Positions 52,007-61,704 of a stretch of DNA of 64,000 bases are shown in pieces (positions within the stretch are counted from its first letter, which is position 1; every line of letters starts with the position of its first letter). The position numbers were made by a program, and so were the translations under genes. The stretch comes from Candidatus Eiseniibacteriota bacterium (lineage in GTDB: Bacteria; Eisenbacteria; RBG-16-71-46), in assembly GCA_963717505.1 (NCBI GenBank), contig OY970342.1, forward strand, positions 1,760,001 through 1,824,000, given 5' to 3'. The notes below the pieces were generated by a model. That model was not told the DNA's origin. It made no database searches and was given only the letters and a program-made list of their open reading frames with translations.

Positions 52007-52410
52007 CCCGTCGCTACGGAATCCTGTTCGTGGTCATGGTGGGGATCGCGCTCGTGGCGATCGCGGTGAGCCGCCTGCCGCGCGCGAGCCGCTCGGTCGC
52101 CAACGCGGTCGAGGCCGCCGAACCGTTGGCGCTCGACGTGTTCCAGGATCGCGTCGTGACCACGCCGGCCGTGATCCCGGTGGGCTCGCGCGTCGAGTTG
52201 ACCGTGGTGAATCACACGATGGCGACGGCGCGAGTCGAGCTGGCGGGCTACGAGGATCGCGTGAGCCACCCGGGGCTCGGGCCTGACAGCACGTGGACGA
52301 CGGCGTTCGTGGCCGACCGTCCCGGCGAGCAATTCGCGTGGATCGTGAATGGCGAACCCCGCGGCCGGCTCGACGTGACCGGGTCGCACCTGGTGGAGGG
52401 GCACCGATGA
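52003..52410 (+). CDS. Membrane-anchored cupredoxin-fold-like protein lacking Cys
   Basis: N-terminal TM helix, IPVGSRVELTVVN, FVADRPG; ATGA overlaps on both sides. Confidence 0.65.
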   Translation: MTRRYGILFVVMVGIALVAIAVSRLPRASRSVANAVEAAEPLALDVFQDRVVTTPAVIPVGSRVELTVVNHTMATARVELAGYEDRVSHPGLGPDSTWTTAFVADRPGEQFAWIVNGEPRGRLDVTGSHLVEGHR

Positions 52411-53294
52411 GCGCGGGAGCCGAAGTCGTGCCGAGGGTCGAGGCCCAGGTCGCGCTCGCGGGTTCCGGACGCGTTCGCCGCATTGTGGTCATCGCGCGCG
52501 AGGAGTATCGCCGCGCGCTCGAGAGCCGCTGGCTGTTCGGCTCGGCGGCGTTGCTCGCGGTGCTCATTCTCGGGCTGTCGTTCTTCGGTCTCGGCCAGAG
52601 CCGCGAAGTCGGGTTCCAGGGCTTCGCGCGCGTGACGCTGAGCCTCATGAACCTGGTGCTGATCATCGTGCCGCTCGCCGGGCTCATGCTCGGGGTCGCG
52701 AGCATCACCGGCGCGAGCGGAACCTTGCCGTTGCTGCTGGCGCAGCCGGTCGGCCGCGGCGAGGTGTTCGTCGGCAAGTTCGTCGGGCTGGCGCTCGCCC
52801 TGACCGTTGCGCAGGCCGTCGGTTTTGGAGTCGGCGGCGCGGTGATCGCGGTTCAGGCCGGAATCGAGCAGGTGCCCGCCTTCGCGACACTGACCGTCCT
52901 GTCGTTCGTGCTCGGCTGGGTGACGACCGCGGCGGCGATGTTCCTGGCCGCGTGCTGGCCCGATCGCCTGAAAGCCACCTCGGCCGCACTCGCCCTGTGG
53001 CTGCTGATGGTCATCGCCTACGACCTCGCAGTACTCGGCGCGACCGCGTTGTTCCGCGGGATTCCACTTCAGTCGATTCTGCTGCCGGCGCTGCTGCTCA
53101 ATCCCGTGGACCTGGCGCGAGTGCTGACCATTCTCGCCACCGGATCGGGTGCACTGTTCGGGCCGACGTCGGCCGTGCTGGTGCGCTTCCTGGGCTCCAC
53201 CGGCGGAGTGGCGCTCGGGATCGGCGTCCTGGCCCTGCAGTTGGCGGTGCCGCTGGTGGCAGGCGCCTGGGTGTTCCGCCGCCGCGATTGGTAG
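52407..53294 (+). CDS. nosY: NosY ABC permease
   Basis: SLMNLVLIIVPL, LLLAQPVGR, GKFVG, YDL, LLNPVDLAR. Confidence 0.9.
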   Translation: MSAGAEVVPRVEAQVALAGSGRVRRIVVIAREEYRRALESRWLFGSAALLAVLILGLSFFGLGQSREVGFQGFARVTLSLMNLVLIIVPLAGLMLGVASITGASGTLPLLLAQPVGRGEVFVGKFVGLALALTVAQAVGFGVGGAVIAVQAGIEQVPAFATLTVLSFVLGWVTTAAAMFLAACWPDRLKATSAALALWLLMVIAYDLAVLGATALFRGIPLQSILLPALLLNPVDLARVLTILATGSGALFGPTSAVLVRFLGSTGGVALGIGVLALQLAVPLVAGAWVFRRRDW

Positions 53295-53373
53295 GAACAT
53301 GAAGTTGCCATAGAGTGGCGTGGTCGCCGGGGGCGATGACGCCGGGAGAATCGCGAGAGGACGAGGAGGAATC

Positions 53374-53894
53374 ATGTTCGGTCTTCCCCTGCACCCGTCG
53401 GTGGTTCACGTGCCCCTGGGCATTGCCTTGGTCCTGCCGTTGGTGGCGGTCCTCATGTTCCTCGGGATCCTCCGCGGCCTGCTGCCGGCGCGGTCCTGGT
53501 GGGTGATCCTCGTGTTGCAGGCGGTGATGCTGACCGCTGGATTCGTCGCGCAGTCGAGCGGCGAGAAGGACGAGGAGGTGGTCGAAGAGATCGTGCCGGA
53601 AGAGGCGATCCACGATCACGAGACCAAGGCCAAGCAATTCATTCTGACCATGGACCTCGCGGTGCTCCTGTCGATCGGGGCGCTGGCCACGGCGGCAGCC
53701 AAAGTCGGGAGGCTGGTGCTGATTCTCGCCACGCTCGCGACGTTCCTGACCGCGGGGATGGCCATGCGGACCGGCCACGCCGGCGGCGAGTGCTGGTGTA
53801 CGTGCACGGCGCGGCGACGGCGCACACCGACGAAGGCGTGCCCGCGGTGGATGAGCATGGCGAGACGCCGGAGGCGGAACCCGCGCGAGACTAG
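53374..53894 (+). CDS. DUF2231-like His-rich membrane protein (frameshift near 53790)
   Basis: PLHPSVVHVP, IHDHE, TGHAGGE continuing as LVYVHGA in another frame; GAGGAGG RBS. Confidence 0.75.
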
Positions 53895-53913
53895 CGCGGC
53901 CGGTCGCTGAGCC

Positions 53914-55767
53914 ATGGCGAAAGCGGTGGATTCGAACCGGATCCCCCGCTGGTTGTTCGCCGACGCCCTGGTCTTCCTGGTCGCACTCGCATTCCGGTGG
54001 TCGTTCATCCTGCGGGTTCAGGGCTCGGTGCTCGCCGGCAGTCTGATCAGCGACGAAGAGATCTACTGGCGCTGGAGCGATCACATCCTGGCCGCGGGAC
54101 CGGTGGGGCCCCATCCGTTCTTCATGGGGCCGCTCTATCCCTACCTGCTGGCCCTGGGGCGGGACTTCTTCGCCATCTCCCGGCCGGAAACCGTCGTGTT
54201 GATTCAAGGCGTGCTCGGCGCTCTGGCGTGCGCGCTGCTCACCGATGCCTGTCGCCGCTTCGTTTCGCTCGTGCCCGCGGTCGCGATCGGAATCCTGGCC
54301 GCGGGGTACTCGATGGCCATACTGCACGACGGTCTCGTGTTGATGGAGTCGATGGTCTTCCTCCTCAGTGCGCTCTTGATCTGGACGGTCGCGCGATTCG
54401 ATTCCCTGGGGACGTCCCCGAAATGGACCGCCGTCGCAGGCCTCGTCCTCGGTCTGCTGACCCTGTGCCGCGGCACCTTCGCGATCGCGCTGCTCCCGCT
54501 GGCGCTCGCGATCCGAACCGCCGGCGGACGGTGGACGAGCCGCGCGACGCTGGCCCTCGCCGGCTCGTTCCTCGCTGTGTGCTTGCCGGCGACGATTCAC
54601 AACTACGTCGCCAGTCGTGAGTTCATCCCGCTGACCTACAACCTGGGCTTCAACTTCTGCGTCGGGAACAATCCGGACGCAACCGGGAGCTTCGTCGTCA
54701 TGGGTCGCCCGACCCCGCAGGTCCTGGAACACGCGGCATTCCAGGGGGGAGCGGTGGCGGACGGGCGCGGCGATCTGGAGGCGAAAATCGGCCGTCTGAT
54801 CTCGCCGCGCGAAAGCTCCGAGATCTGGCTCCGATCCGGTATCGACTTCGTCCTCCAACATCCTGTCGACGCCCTGGTCCTCACGCTCAACAAACTGGCG
54901 ATGATGCTCAATCATCGTGAATACCATCAGATCGAGGCACTGGCCGTGTTCGAACGAACCGTGGGGCGGGCCGGCTTCGCGCCGTTCGCGGTGGTTGCGC
55001 TGCTGTCGTTCCCGGTGTTCGGGATGGGTTCGGTCCCGATGCTGTGCGGTTTCGCGCGCGGGGTGGCGATCCTGCTGGTGATCGCCACCGTGCCGTTCTT
55101 CGTGACCGACCGATATCGACTGCAGATCGTTCCCTATCTCCTGGTGCTGGCGGCGTTCGCCATCGATCGCGGCATGCTGCTCTTGAGGAAACCTCGGCGG
55201 CCGGCGCTGCGCGGTCCGCTGCTGGCCGCGACCGTGGGGACGGTGGTCCTGTTCCTGCCCCTGCGCTATCCGAGCATTCATCGGCAGGACTGGGCGATCG
55301 CGGGCGATCTCGGCGACCGATGGCTGGAAAAGGGTGATCCGGAGGCCGCGCTGCGTCAGTACGCGGTGGCGCTCGATATCGAGGAGCGGGGACTGCTGCC
55401 CGCAGGCGGAGGAGCAACGGCGACCAACGCGCGCGCCGGTCTACGCGAGAACATCTCGATCGCGCTGCTCGCGATCGGCGACACGACCGGAGCGCTGTTC
55501 GCGGCGGAGGAGGCCTGGCTCATGGCGCCCGAGGAGCCGTCGTTGCGCTGGCGTCGCGGCCTCCTGTTGGCGCTGACCGGCGACTGCGTCGAGGCCCGGC
55601 GCATGGCGGGCTCCGCGGCCACGGCGCAGCAGTGGTCGGAGCGAATTCGGGAGGCGGCGAAGAGTATGGAAGAAATGGAGAAAGCCAGGCACATCCAGGC
55701 CAGCCGCTGTCTGGAGCACGCGATGAACGCTGTTACGCCGGAAAGCGGTCAGGCAGCGCAAGAATAG
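53914..55767 (+). CDS. GT-C fold (GT39/83, ArnT/PMT-like) glycosyltransferase with TPR-like C-terminus
   Basis: SDEEIY, PFFMGPLYPY, many TM helices, GFNFCVGNNP, FFVTDRYR. Confidence 0.85.
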   Translation: MAKAVDSNRIPRWLFADALVFLVALAFRWSFILRVQGSVLAGSLISDEEIYWRWSDHILAAGPVGPHPFFMGPLYPYLLALGRDFFAISRPETVVLIQGVLGALACALLTDACRRFVSLVPAVAIGILAAGYSMAILHDGLVLMESMVFLLSALLIWTVARFDSLGTSPKWTAVAGLVLGLLTLCRGTFAIALLPLALAIRTAGGRWTSRATLALAGSFLAVCLPATIHNYVASREFIPLTYNLGFNFCVGNNPDATGSFVVMGRPTPQVLEHAAFQGGAVADGRGDLEAKIGRLISPRESSEIWLRSGIDFVLQHPVDALVLTLNKLAMMLNHREYHQIEALAVFERTVGRAGFAPFAVVALLSFPVFGMGSVPMLCGFARGVAILLVIATVPFFVTDRYRLQIVPYLLVLAAFAIDRGMLLLRKPRRPALRGPLLAATVGTVVLFLPLRYPSIHRQDWAIAGDLGDRWLEKGDPEAALRQYAVALDIEERGLLPAGGGATATNARAGLRENISIALLAIGDTTGALFAAEEAWLMAPEEPSLRWRRGLLLALTGDCVEARRMAGSAATAQQWSERIREAAKSMEEMEKARHIQASRCLEHAMNAVTPESGQAAQE

Positions 55768-55858
55768 TCATTGAGATCGCAGGGCGGAGGACTATCCTTA
55801 TTGGCGTTGGACGGCCAACGGCGCTGGTGATGCTCGCCGAAGCGAGAGGAGGCGTTCT

Positions 55859-58315
55859 GTGTTTCGTGCACCCTCGTCCCCGTCAGGTGTCCTGATCGCG
55901 GTCGTTACCCTCGGTTCGCCGCTGCTCGCGCTGGCACTCGCGTCACAGGACGTCTCGGCTCGCACGCGATTCGAGTCCCGAGCAACGATTCTCGTGACCG
56001 GAAAGATTCCAGTCAGCGTCGAGCGCGGAGACCTCGACGGCGATGGCCGGCCGGACCTCGTTGCAGCGGAGGCGCGGGACGGAACGGTATCGGTGTGGCT
56101 CAACCAGGGGCAGCGCCGCTTTGCCAAAGGCGCGTCGTACGCCACCGGGTCGTTTCCGACATCACTGGCGCTCGGCGATTGCGACGGCGATGGGTGGCTC
56201 GACCTGGCTGTCGCGCACAACGGCGATGCGACCCTTCGTGTGTTGAGCGGCAACGGTGACGGAACATTCGACGCACCAATCACCGTCGGCGCCTTTCCGC
56301 AGGTTCGCAAGATCGCCCTCCACGATCTGAATGCGGACGGCAATCTGGATCTCGTCGCCGTTGGCGACGCGGACTCGCTGGTGGTTTTTGGTGGCAGCGG
56401 GACCGGGACATTCCCCGCGCGGACGTCCTACGTGGTGAATGATAATCCCTACGCGATCGACTTCGGGGATGTCGACACCAACGGCCAGGTCGACATCGCA
56501 GTGGCGCACATCGGTAGTAGTCTCGTGTCGATGCTGTTCGGACAGGGCGGCGGCGCATTCGCGCCGCGAGTCGATCTCGACGTCGGCGGCATCCAGTTCG
56601 CGGTTTCCGTGGCGGATCTCGACGGTGATTCCAAGTTGGACCTCTTGGTCTCACGGAGTTCTGGGGTGGCATGGCGGGCCGGCAATGGATCCGGCGGTTT
56701 CGGGGGCATCGTCGCGTTGCCCATCCCACCCGCCAACAACCTGTTTGTCGCAGACCTGGATGGCGACGGGCATCAGGACGTCATCACGGAGAAGAACACC
56801 CTGTTGCGCCATGGAGATGGCTCGACCAAGATCGTCCACCACGCAATCGGGCGTGATCCGGTCGACGGCGCCGCCGGCGATCTCGACGGTGACGGCAAGC
56901 TGGACCTCGCATTCGGTCACTCGCCCAATGCCCATCTGTGGCTCCACTTTGGCAACGGCGACGGTACCTTCGGGACCGACAGCGAGTACCCGGCGGCGTT
57001 CTCTCCTGGGGCACTCGCACTCGGTGATCTCAACCGCGACGGCTGGCTGGACGTGGTGACGGTCAGCGACTACGACGTGGGGAATAGCACTTTTTCGGTC
57101 AGCCTCGGCGTCGGCGGAGGCGCCCTGGGCCCCAAGACCGACTATCCCATTCCCTACTATCCAATGGACGCAGCCCTCGGCGACGTCAACGGCGACGAGG
57201 TCCTGGACGTAGCGTTGGTCAGGAGGAGCCCGCACGCGCTGATCGTCAGGCTGGGGCTGGGCAACGGGACGTTCGGTCCGGATACTGTATATCCGTCGAT
57301 CGTGGAGCCTCTCTCGGTCGAAATTGCCGACCTGGACCACGATGGCCTTCAGGATTTTGTCGTGGGGGGAACAGCTTCGTCGTCGGGCCAAGTGTCCGTT
57401 CATCGCGGCGGAGCCTTCGGCGGGTACATCACCCACACGGAGTATCCAGGTGGCCCTTACGTGACGTTGGGGGACTGGAACTCGGACGGCCATCTGGACT
57501 TCGTGGGTCCTTACATATCGATTGGATTGAACGTGGGTTTGGGGATTGGCAACGGAGCGTTCTCGAGCCAGGTCGGCCCGCCGGTTCGGGGATACTCCAT
57601 GGTGGCGGCAGATCTGAATCTCGATGGCGCACTCGACCTTGCCGGCGGCATCCCCAATGCCGCGCTCGATTACTTCGACGAAGACAGCGTGGCGATCTTC
57701 CAAGGCCACGGCGACGGCACGTTCGAGCTTCAGGCCACGCTCCCGGTGGGTATGGAGCCCCAGTTTGGTGCCAGCGGCGACCTCGACCGGGATGGGGATT
57801 TCGATCTCGTGTTCGCAAACAGATCTTCGAATTCCATCACGGTTCTCTACAACACCCCGGCCGGCATCGGCACCGACGTCGAGCACCTTGCGACCGCCGG
57901 AACCCCTCACACGATTGCCGTCGGGGACATGGATGCCGACGGGTGGCCGGACCTCGTCGTCACCACCTCGTTCAACAGCTCGGTCTCGGTGATGCGCAAT
58001 CTGGGTGCGACGGTGGTAGATGCACCGCGAGACTTGCGCGGAGGATTGCGAATGGTCGCCGGTCCCAATCCGGCCCAGCGTGACGTTCGTTTCGCAATCA
58101 CTCTGCCCAGGACGGGTCATGTGTCCCTGCGCATCTACGATGTGATGGGCCGGGTCGTCCGAGAGCTGTGGACGGGTCCGCTCGACGCCGGGGCACGGGT
58201 GATGGCTTGGGACCGGCGCACGACCCAGGGCCATCGTGTTCCCGCAGGTGTCTACCTGGCCGAGTTGGCGATGGGCGCCGAGCGAGCGACGGGCCGGATC
58301 GTCGTCCTGCCCTAG
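55859..58315 (+). CDS. Secreted FG-GAP/VCBS repeat protein with FlgD-type C-terminal domain
   Basis: More than a dozen DLDGDG..D-type repeats; PNPAQ...IYDVMGRVVR...PAGVYL tail; start uncertain. Confidence 0.88.
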   Translation: MFRAPSSPSGVLIAVVTLGSPLLALALASQDVSARTRFESRATILVTGKIPVSVERGDLDGDGRPDLVAAEARDGTVSVWLNQGQRRFAKGASYATGSFPTSLALGDCDGDGWLDLAVAHNGDATLRVLSGNGDGTFDAPITVGAFPQVRKIALHDLNADGNLDLVAVGDADSLVVFGGSGTGTFPARTSYVVNDNPYAIDFGDVDTNGQVDIAVAHIGSSLVSMLFGQGGGAFAPRVDLDVGGIQFAVSVADLDGDSKLDLLVSRSSGVAWRAGNGSGGFGGIVALPIPPANNLFVADLDGDGHQDVITEKNTLLRHGDGSTKIVHHAIGRDPVDGAAGDLDGDGKLDLAFGHSPNAHLWLHFGNGDGTFGTDSEYPAAFSPGALALGDLNRDGWLDVVTVSDYDVGNSTFSVSLGVGGGALGPKTDYPIPYYPMDAALGDVNGDEVLDVALVRRSPHALIVRLGLGNGTFGPDTVYPSIVEPLSVEIADLDHDGLQDFVVGGTASSSGQVSVHRGGAFGGYITHTEYPGGPYVTLGDWNSDGHLDFVGPYISIGLNVGLGIGNGAFSSQVGPPVRGYSMVAADLNLDGALDLAGGIPNAALDYFDEDSVAIFQGHGDGTFELQATLPVGMEPQFGASGDLDRDGDFDLVFANRSSNSITVLYNTPAGIGTDVEHLATAGTPHTIAVGDMDADGWPDLVVTTSFNSSVSVMRNLGATVVDAPRDLRGGLRMVAGPNPAQRDVRFAITLPRTGHVSLRIYDVMGRVVRELWTGPLDAGARVMAWDRRTTQGHRVPAGVYLAELAMGAERATGRIVVLP

Positions 58316-58335
58316 GTCGGTCGCCGGACGATTCC

Positions 58336-61081
58336 CTACGCCTCGCGCGGCTCCGTCGCCTCGGGGTTGATCCCGAACTCCTGGATCGCGCGCGCCACCA
58401 CGCCCGGCGCCACGAGACTCTGCTCGCACAGCGCCGACAGCGTCGCAACCACGATGTGCTCGGCGTCGATCTCGAAGTGCCGGCGCAGCGCGTCGCGCGT
58501 GTCGCTGCGGCCGAAGCCGTCGGTGCCAAGCGGCACGAACGGGCGCGGCACCCAGCGCGCCACCATGTCGGGCACCGACTTCATGAAGTCGGTCACCGCG
58601 ACCACCGGTCCGGTCGCCTGGGCCAGGGCGCGGGTCACGTACGGCACGCGCGCGGTCTCGCCCGGATGCAGGCGGTTCCAGCGCTCGGCCGAAAGCGCGT
58701 CGTTGCGCAACTGCTGGTAGCTGGTCACGCTCCACACGTCGGCGGCGACGTCGAAGCGCTCGGCCAGGATTTCCTGCGCACGCAACGCCGCCAGCACGGT
58801 GACGCCGCTGCCCAGGATCTGCGCGCGATGCTGCGCCTTCTGCACTGCGGCGCGGTACAGGTAGATGCCGCGCACGATGCCGTCCTCGACGTCCGACGGC
58901 ATGGCCGGCATCGAGTAGTCCTGGTTGTAGAGCGTCAGGTAGTAGAAGACGTCTTCGCCGTCGACGTACATGCGCTTGAGACCGTCGCGGATGATGGTCG
59001 CGACTTCGTACGCGAACGCCGGGTCGTAGGCCTTGATGCACGGAATGGTCGAGGCCAGCACGTGGCTATGACCGTCCTCGTGCTGCAGGCCTTCGCCGTT
59101 CAGCGTCGTGCGTCCGGCGGTGGCGCCGAGCAGGAAGCCGCGGCCGCGCGCGTCGCCGAACGCCCAGGCGAGGTCGCCGATCCGCTGGAAACCGAACATG
59201 GAATAGAAGATGTAGAACGGAATCATCGGCTCGCCATGCGTCGCGTAGCTGGTGCCGGCGGCGGTGAATGACGCCATCGAGCCGGCCTCGGTGATCCCTT
59301 CCTCGAGCAGCTGGCCGTCGGCCTTCTCGGTGTACGACAGCACCAGCTTGGAGTCGACCGACTCGTACTTCTGACCGAACGGCGCATAGATGCCGATCTC
59401 GCGGAACAGCACCTCCATGCCGAACGTGCGCGCCTCGTCGGGGATGATCGGCACGACCCGCTTGCCCCAGTTGGTGTCGCGCAACAGATTGCGCAGCAGC
59501 TTGGCGAACACCATGGTGGTCGAGACCGCCTGAGTCCCAGCGGTGCCCTGCGCGAACTCGGTGAAGACCTTGTCGGACGCGACCGGCAGCGGCTTGGACC
59601 GCACGACGCGGTGCGGCACGAACCCGCCGAGCGCCTGGCGCCGCTCCTGCACGTAGCGGAACTCGTCGCTGTGCTCGCCCGGATGGTAGAAGGGCGGATC
59701 GTCGAGCTTGCGATCCGGAATCGGCAGCTCGAGCCGGTCGCGGAACTTCTTCAGCTCGTCGAGCTTTATCTTCTTCAGCTGGTGGGTCATGTTGCGCGCT
59801 TCGGCGCCGGGAATGCGTCCAGCCCTTGACCGTTTTGGCGAGGATCGCGGTCGGCTGGCCCGTGTGCTGGACCGCGGCCGCGTAGGCGGCGTAGACCTTG
59901 CGATAGTCGTGGCCGCCGCGGCGGAGCGCGCGGATCTCTTCGTCGCTCAGATGCTCGACCATCTTGAGCGTGCGCGGATCCTTGCCGAAGAAGTGCTCGC
60001 GAATGTAGGCGCCGCTCTCGAGCGAATAGCGCTGCCATTCGCCGTCGACCGTGTCGTTCATGTTCTCGACCAGCGCCCCGTCGTAGTCCTGGGCGAGCAG
60101 GGCGTCCCACTCACGGCCCCAGACCACCTTGATCACGTTCCAGCCGGCGCCGGTGAAGATCGACTCCAGCTCCTGGATGACCTTGCCGTTGCCGCGCACC
60201 GGGCCGTCGAGCCGCTGCAGGTTGCAGTTGACCACGAACGTCAGGTTGTCGAGCTGCTCGCGCGCGGCAAGCGACAGAGCACCCGTCGCCTCGGGCTCGT
60301 CCATCTCGCCGTCGCCGAGGAACGCCCACACGCGGCTGTGCGAGGTGTCCTTGATCTTGCGAGCATTGAGGTAACGGTTGAAGCGCGCCTGGTAGATTGC
60401 GTTGATCGGGCCGAGCCCCATCGACACCGTCGGGAACTCCCAGAATTCGGGCATCAGTCGCGGATGCGGGTAGGACGACAGCCCCTTGCCGGACTCGATC
60501 TCGCGGCGGAAGTGCTCGAGGTGGTCTTGCGTCAGGCGGCCTTCGAGGAACGCGCGGCCGTAGATCCCGGGTGCGGCGTGACCCTGGAAGAAGACCTGGT
60601 CGCCGAAGCGGCCCTCGGACTTGCCGTGGAAGAAGTGGTTGAATCCGACTTCGTAGAGGCTGGCGCTCGAAGCGTAGGTCGAAAGGTGCCCGCCGATCCC
60701 GGCGAAACGCTGGTTCGCGCGCAACACCATGACCGCGGCGTTCCAGCGAATGATCCGCCGGATGCGCAGCTCCATGGCTTCGTCGCCCGGGAACTCCGGT
60801 TCCTGCTCGGGCGAGATCGTGTTGATGTAGCGCGACTGGACGAGCCCCGGCAGCCCGACTCGCAGTTGGCGGGCGCGCTTGAGCAGACGCCGCAGAATGA
60901 ACTCGGCGCGCTCGTGACTCACGCCCTGGGCGATGTCGTCGAGGGCGTCGAGCCACTCCTGGGTTTCTTGTGGATCCAGGTCCGGGAGCTGGCGCTTGAA
61001 ACTCTCGAGGTCGATGCGCGGGATCTGGTACTCCTCGGGTGGTTCCGGGGTGTAGGTCTCGTTGCGGGTCTCGGTGCTCAT
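58336..61081 (-). CDS. aceE: Pyruvate dehydrogenase E1, homodimeric type (one frameshift near 59815)
   Basis: [62 protein letters not shown]. Confidence 0.95.
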
Positions 61082-61307
61082 TTGGGTCTCATCGGGGTCG
61101 TCGTGTCCTCGGTGGGCCAGGAAGGGGTTGGCGGCCCGGCCCCAGGCATTAGCTTTCGGCCTCTTCAGTGCCATGGAATATACCGCGATTGCGGAGGTGC
61201 CCAAAGTCCCGCCGCCACAAGCCGATAACTCCTGTTGCCGCGAGATGATCCGACAGCGAGAGGAAAGGTGAGATTCGGCCGCGCAAAGCCCCCGATAAGA
61301 TCGAGTC

Positions 61308-61629
61308 ATGCGAACGCTCTTCCTTCAAATCCTCGGCGCGATTCTCCTTACCTTGGCCGGCGGGCACGTGGCACGGGCCAACGCCGACATCATCTTCGAC
61401 ACCTTCGATGAAGGCGGAGCATTCCACCCGACAGACAACGCGGTTGCCGCCAAAAGCCAGCGGCCAGAACCCGGTGCCAACTACCGTTCGGTTGGCTGCC
61501 CAGTTCCGCGTGGTGGGTGGCGACTATGCACTCAGCGTCAAGGGCCGCCGTGTCGCGCCCGGGATCTACACCGTGCGGGTCCTGGCGGACGGTGGAGAAG
61601 CGCGTCGCAGAGTCGTGGTGATCCCGTAG
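61308..61629 (+). pseudogene. Remnant of a secreted protein: signal peptide and short N-terminal segment joined to only the last strands of an FlgD-type tail
   Basis: [14 protein letters not shown]...ANA-DIIFDTF, a frameshift, then AAQFRVVGGDYALS and GRRVAPGIYTVRV...RRVVVIP. Confidence 0.5.
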
Positions 61630-61704
61630 TAGTCAGGGCCGAGAGCGCAGGTGTATCCTCCCAGGCCCGCAGTCGCCACGGTCCCTGATGGAGGAGCCTC
61701 CCCA

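Noticed and set aside
55859-58315. CRISPR-like or tandem DNA repeats
   Set aside because: The recurrent GACCTCGACGGCGA-like words are codons of FG-GAP protein repeats; no constant repeat-spacer array exists in the window.
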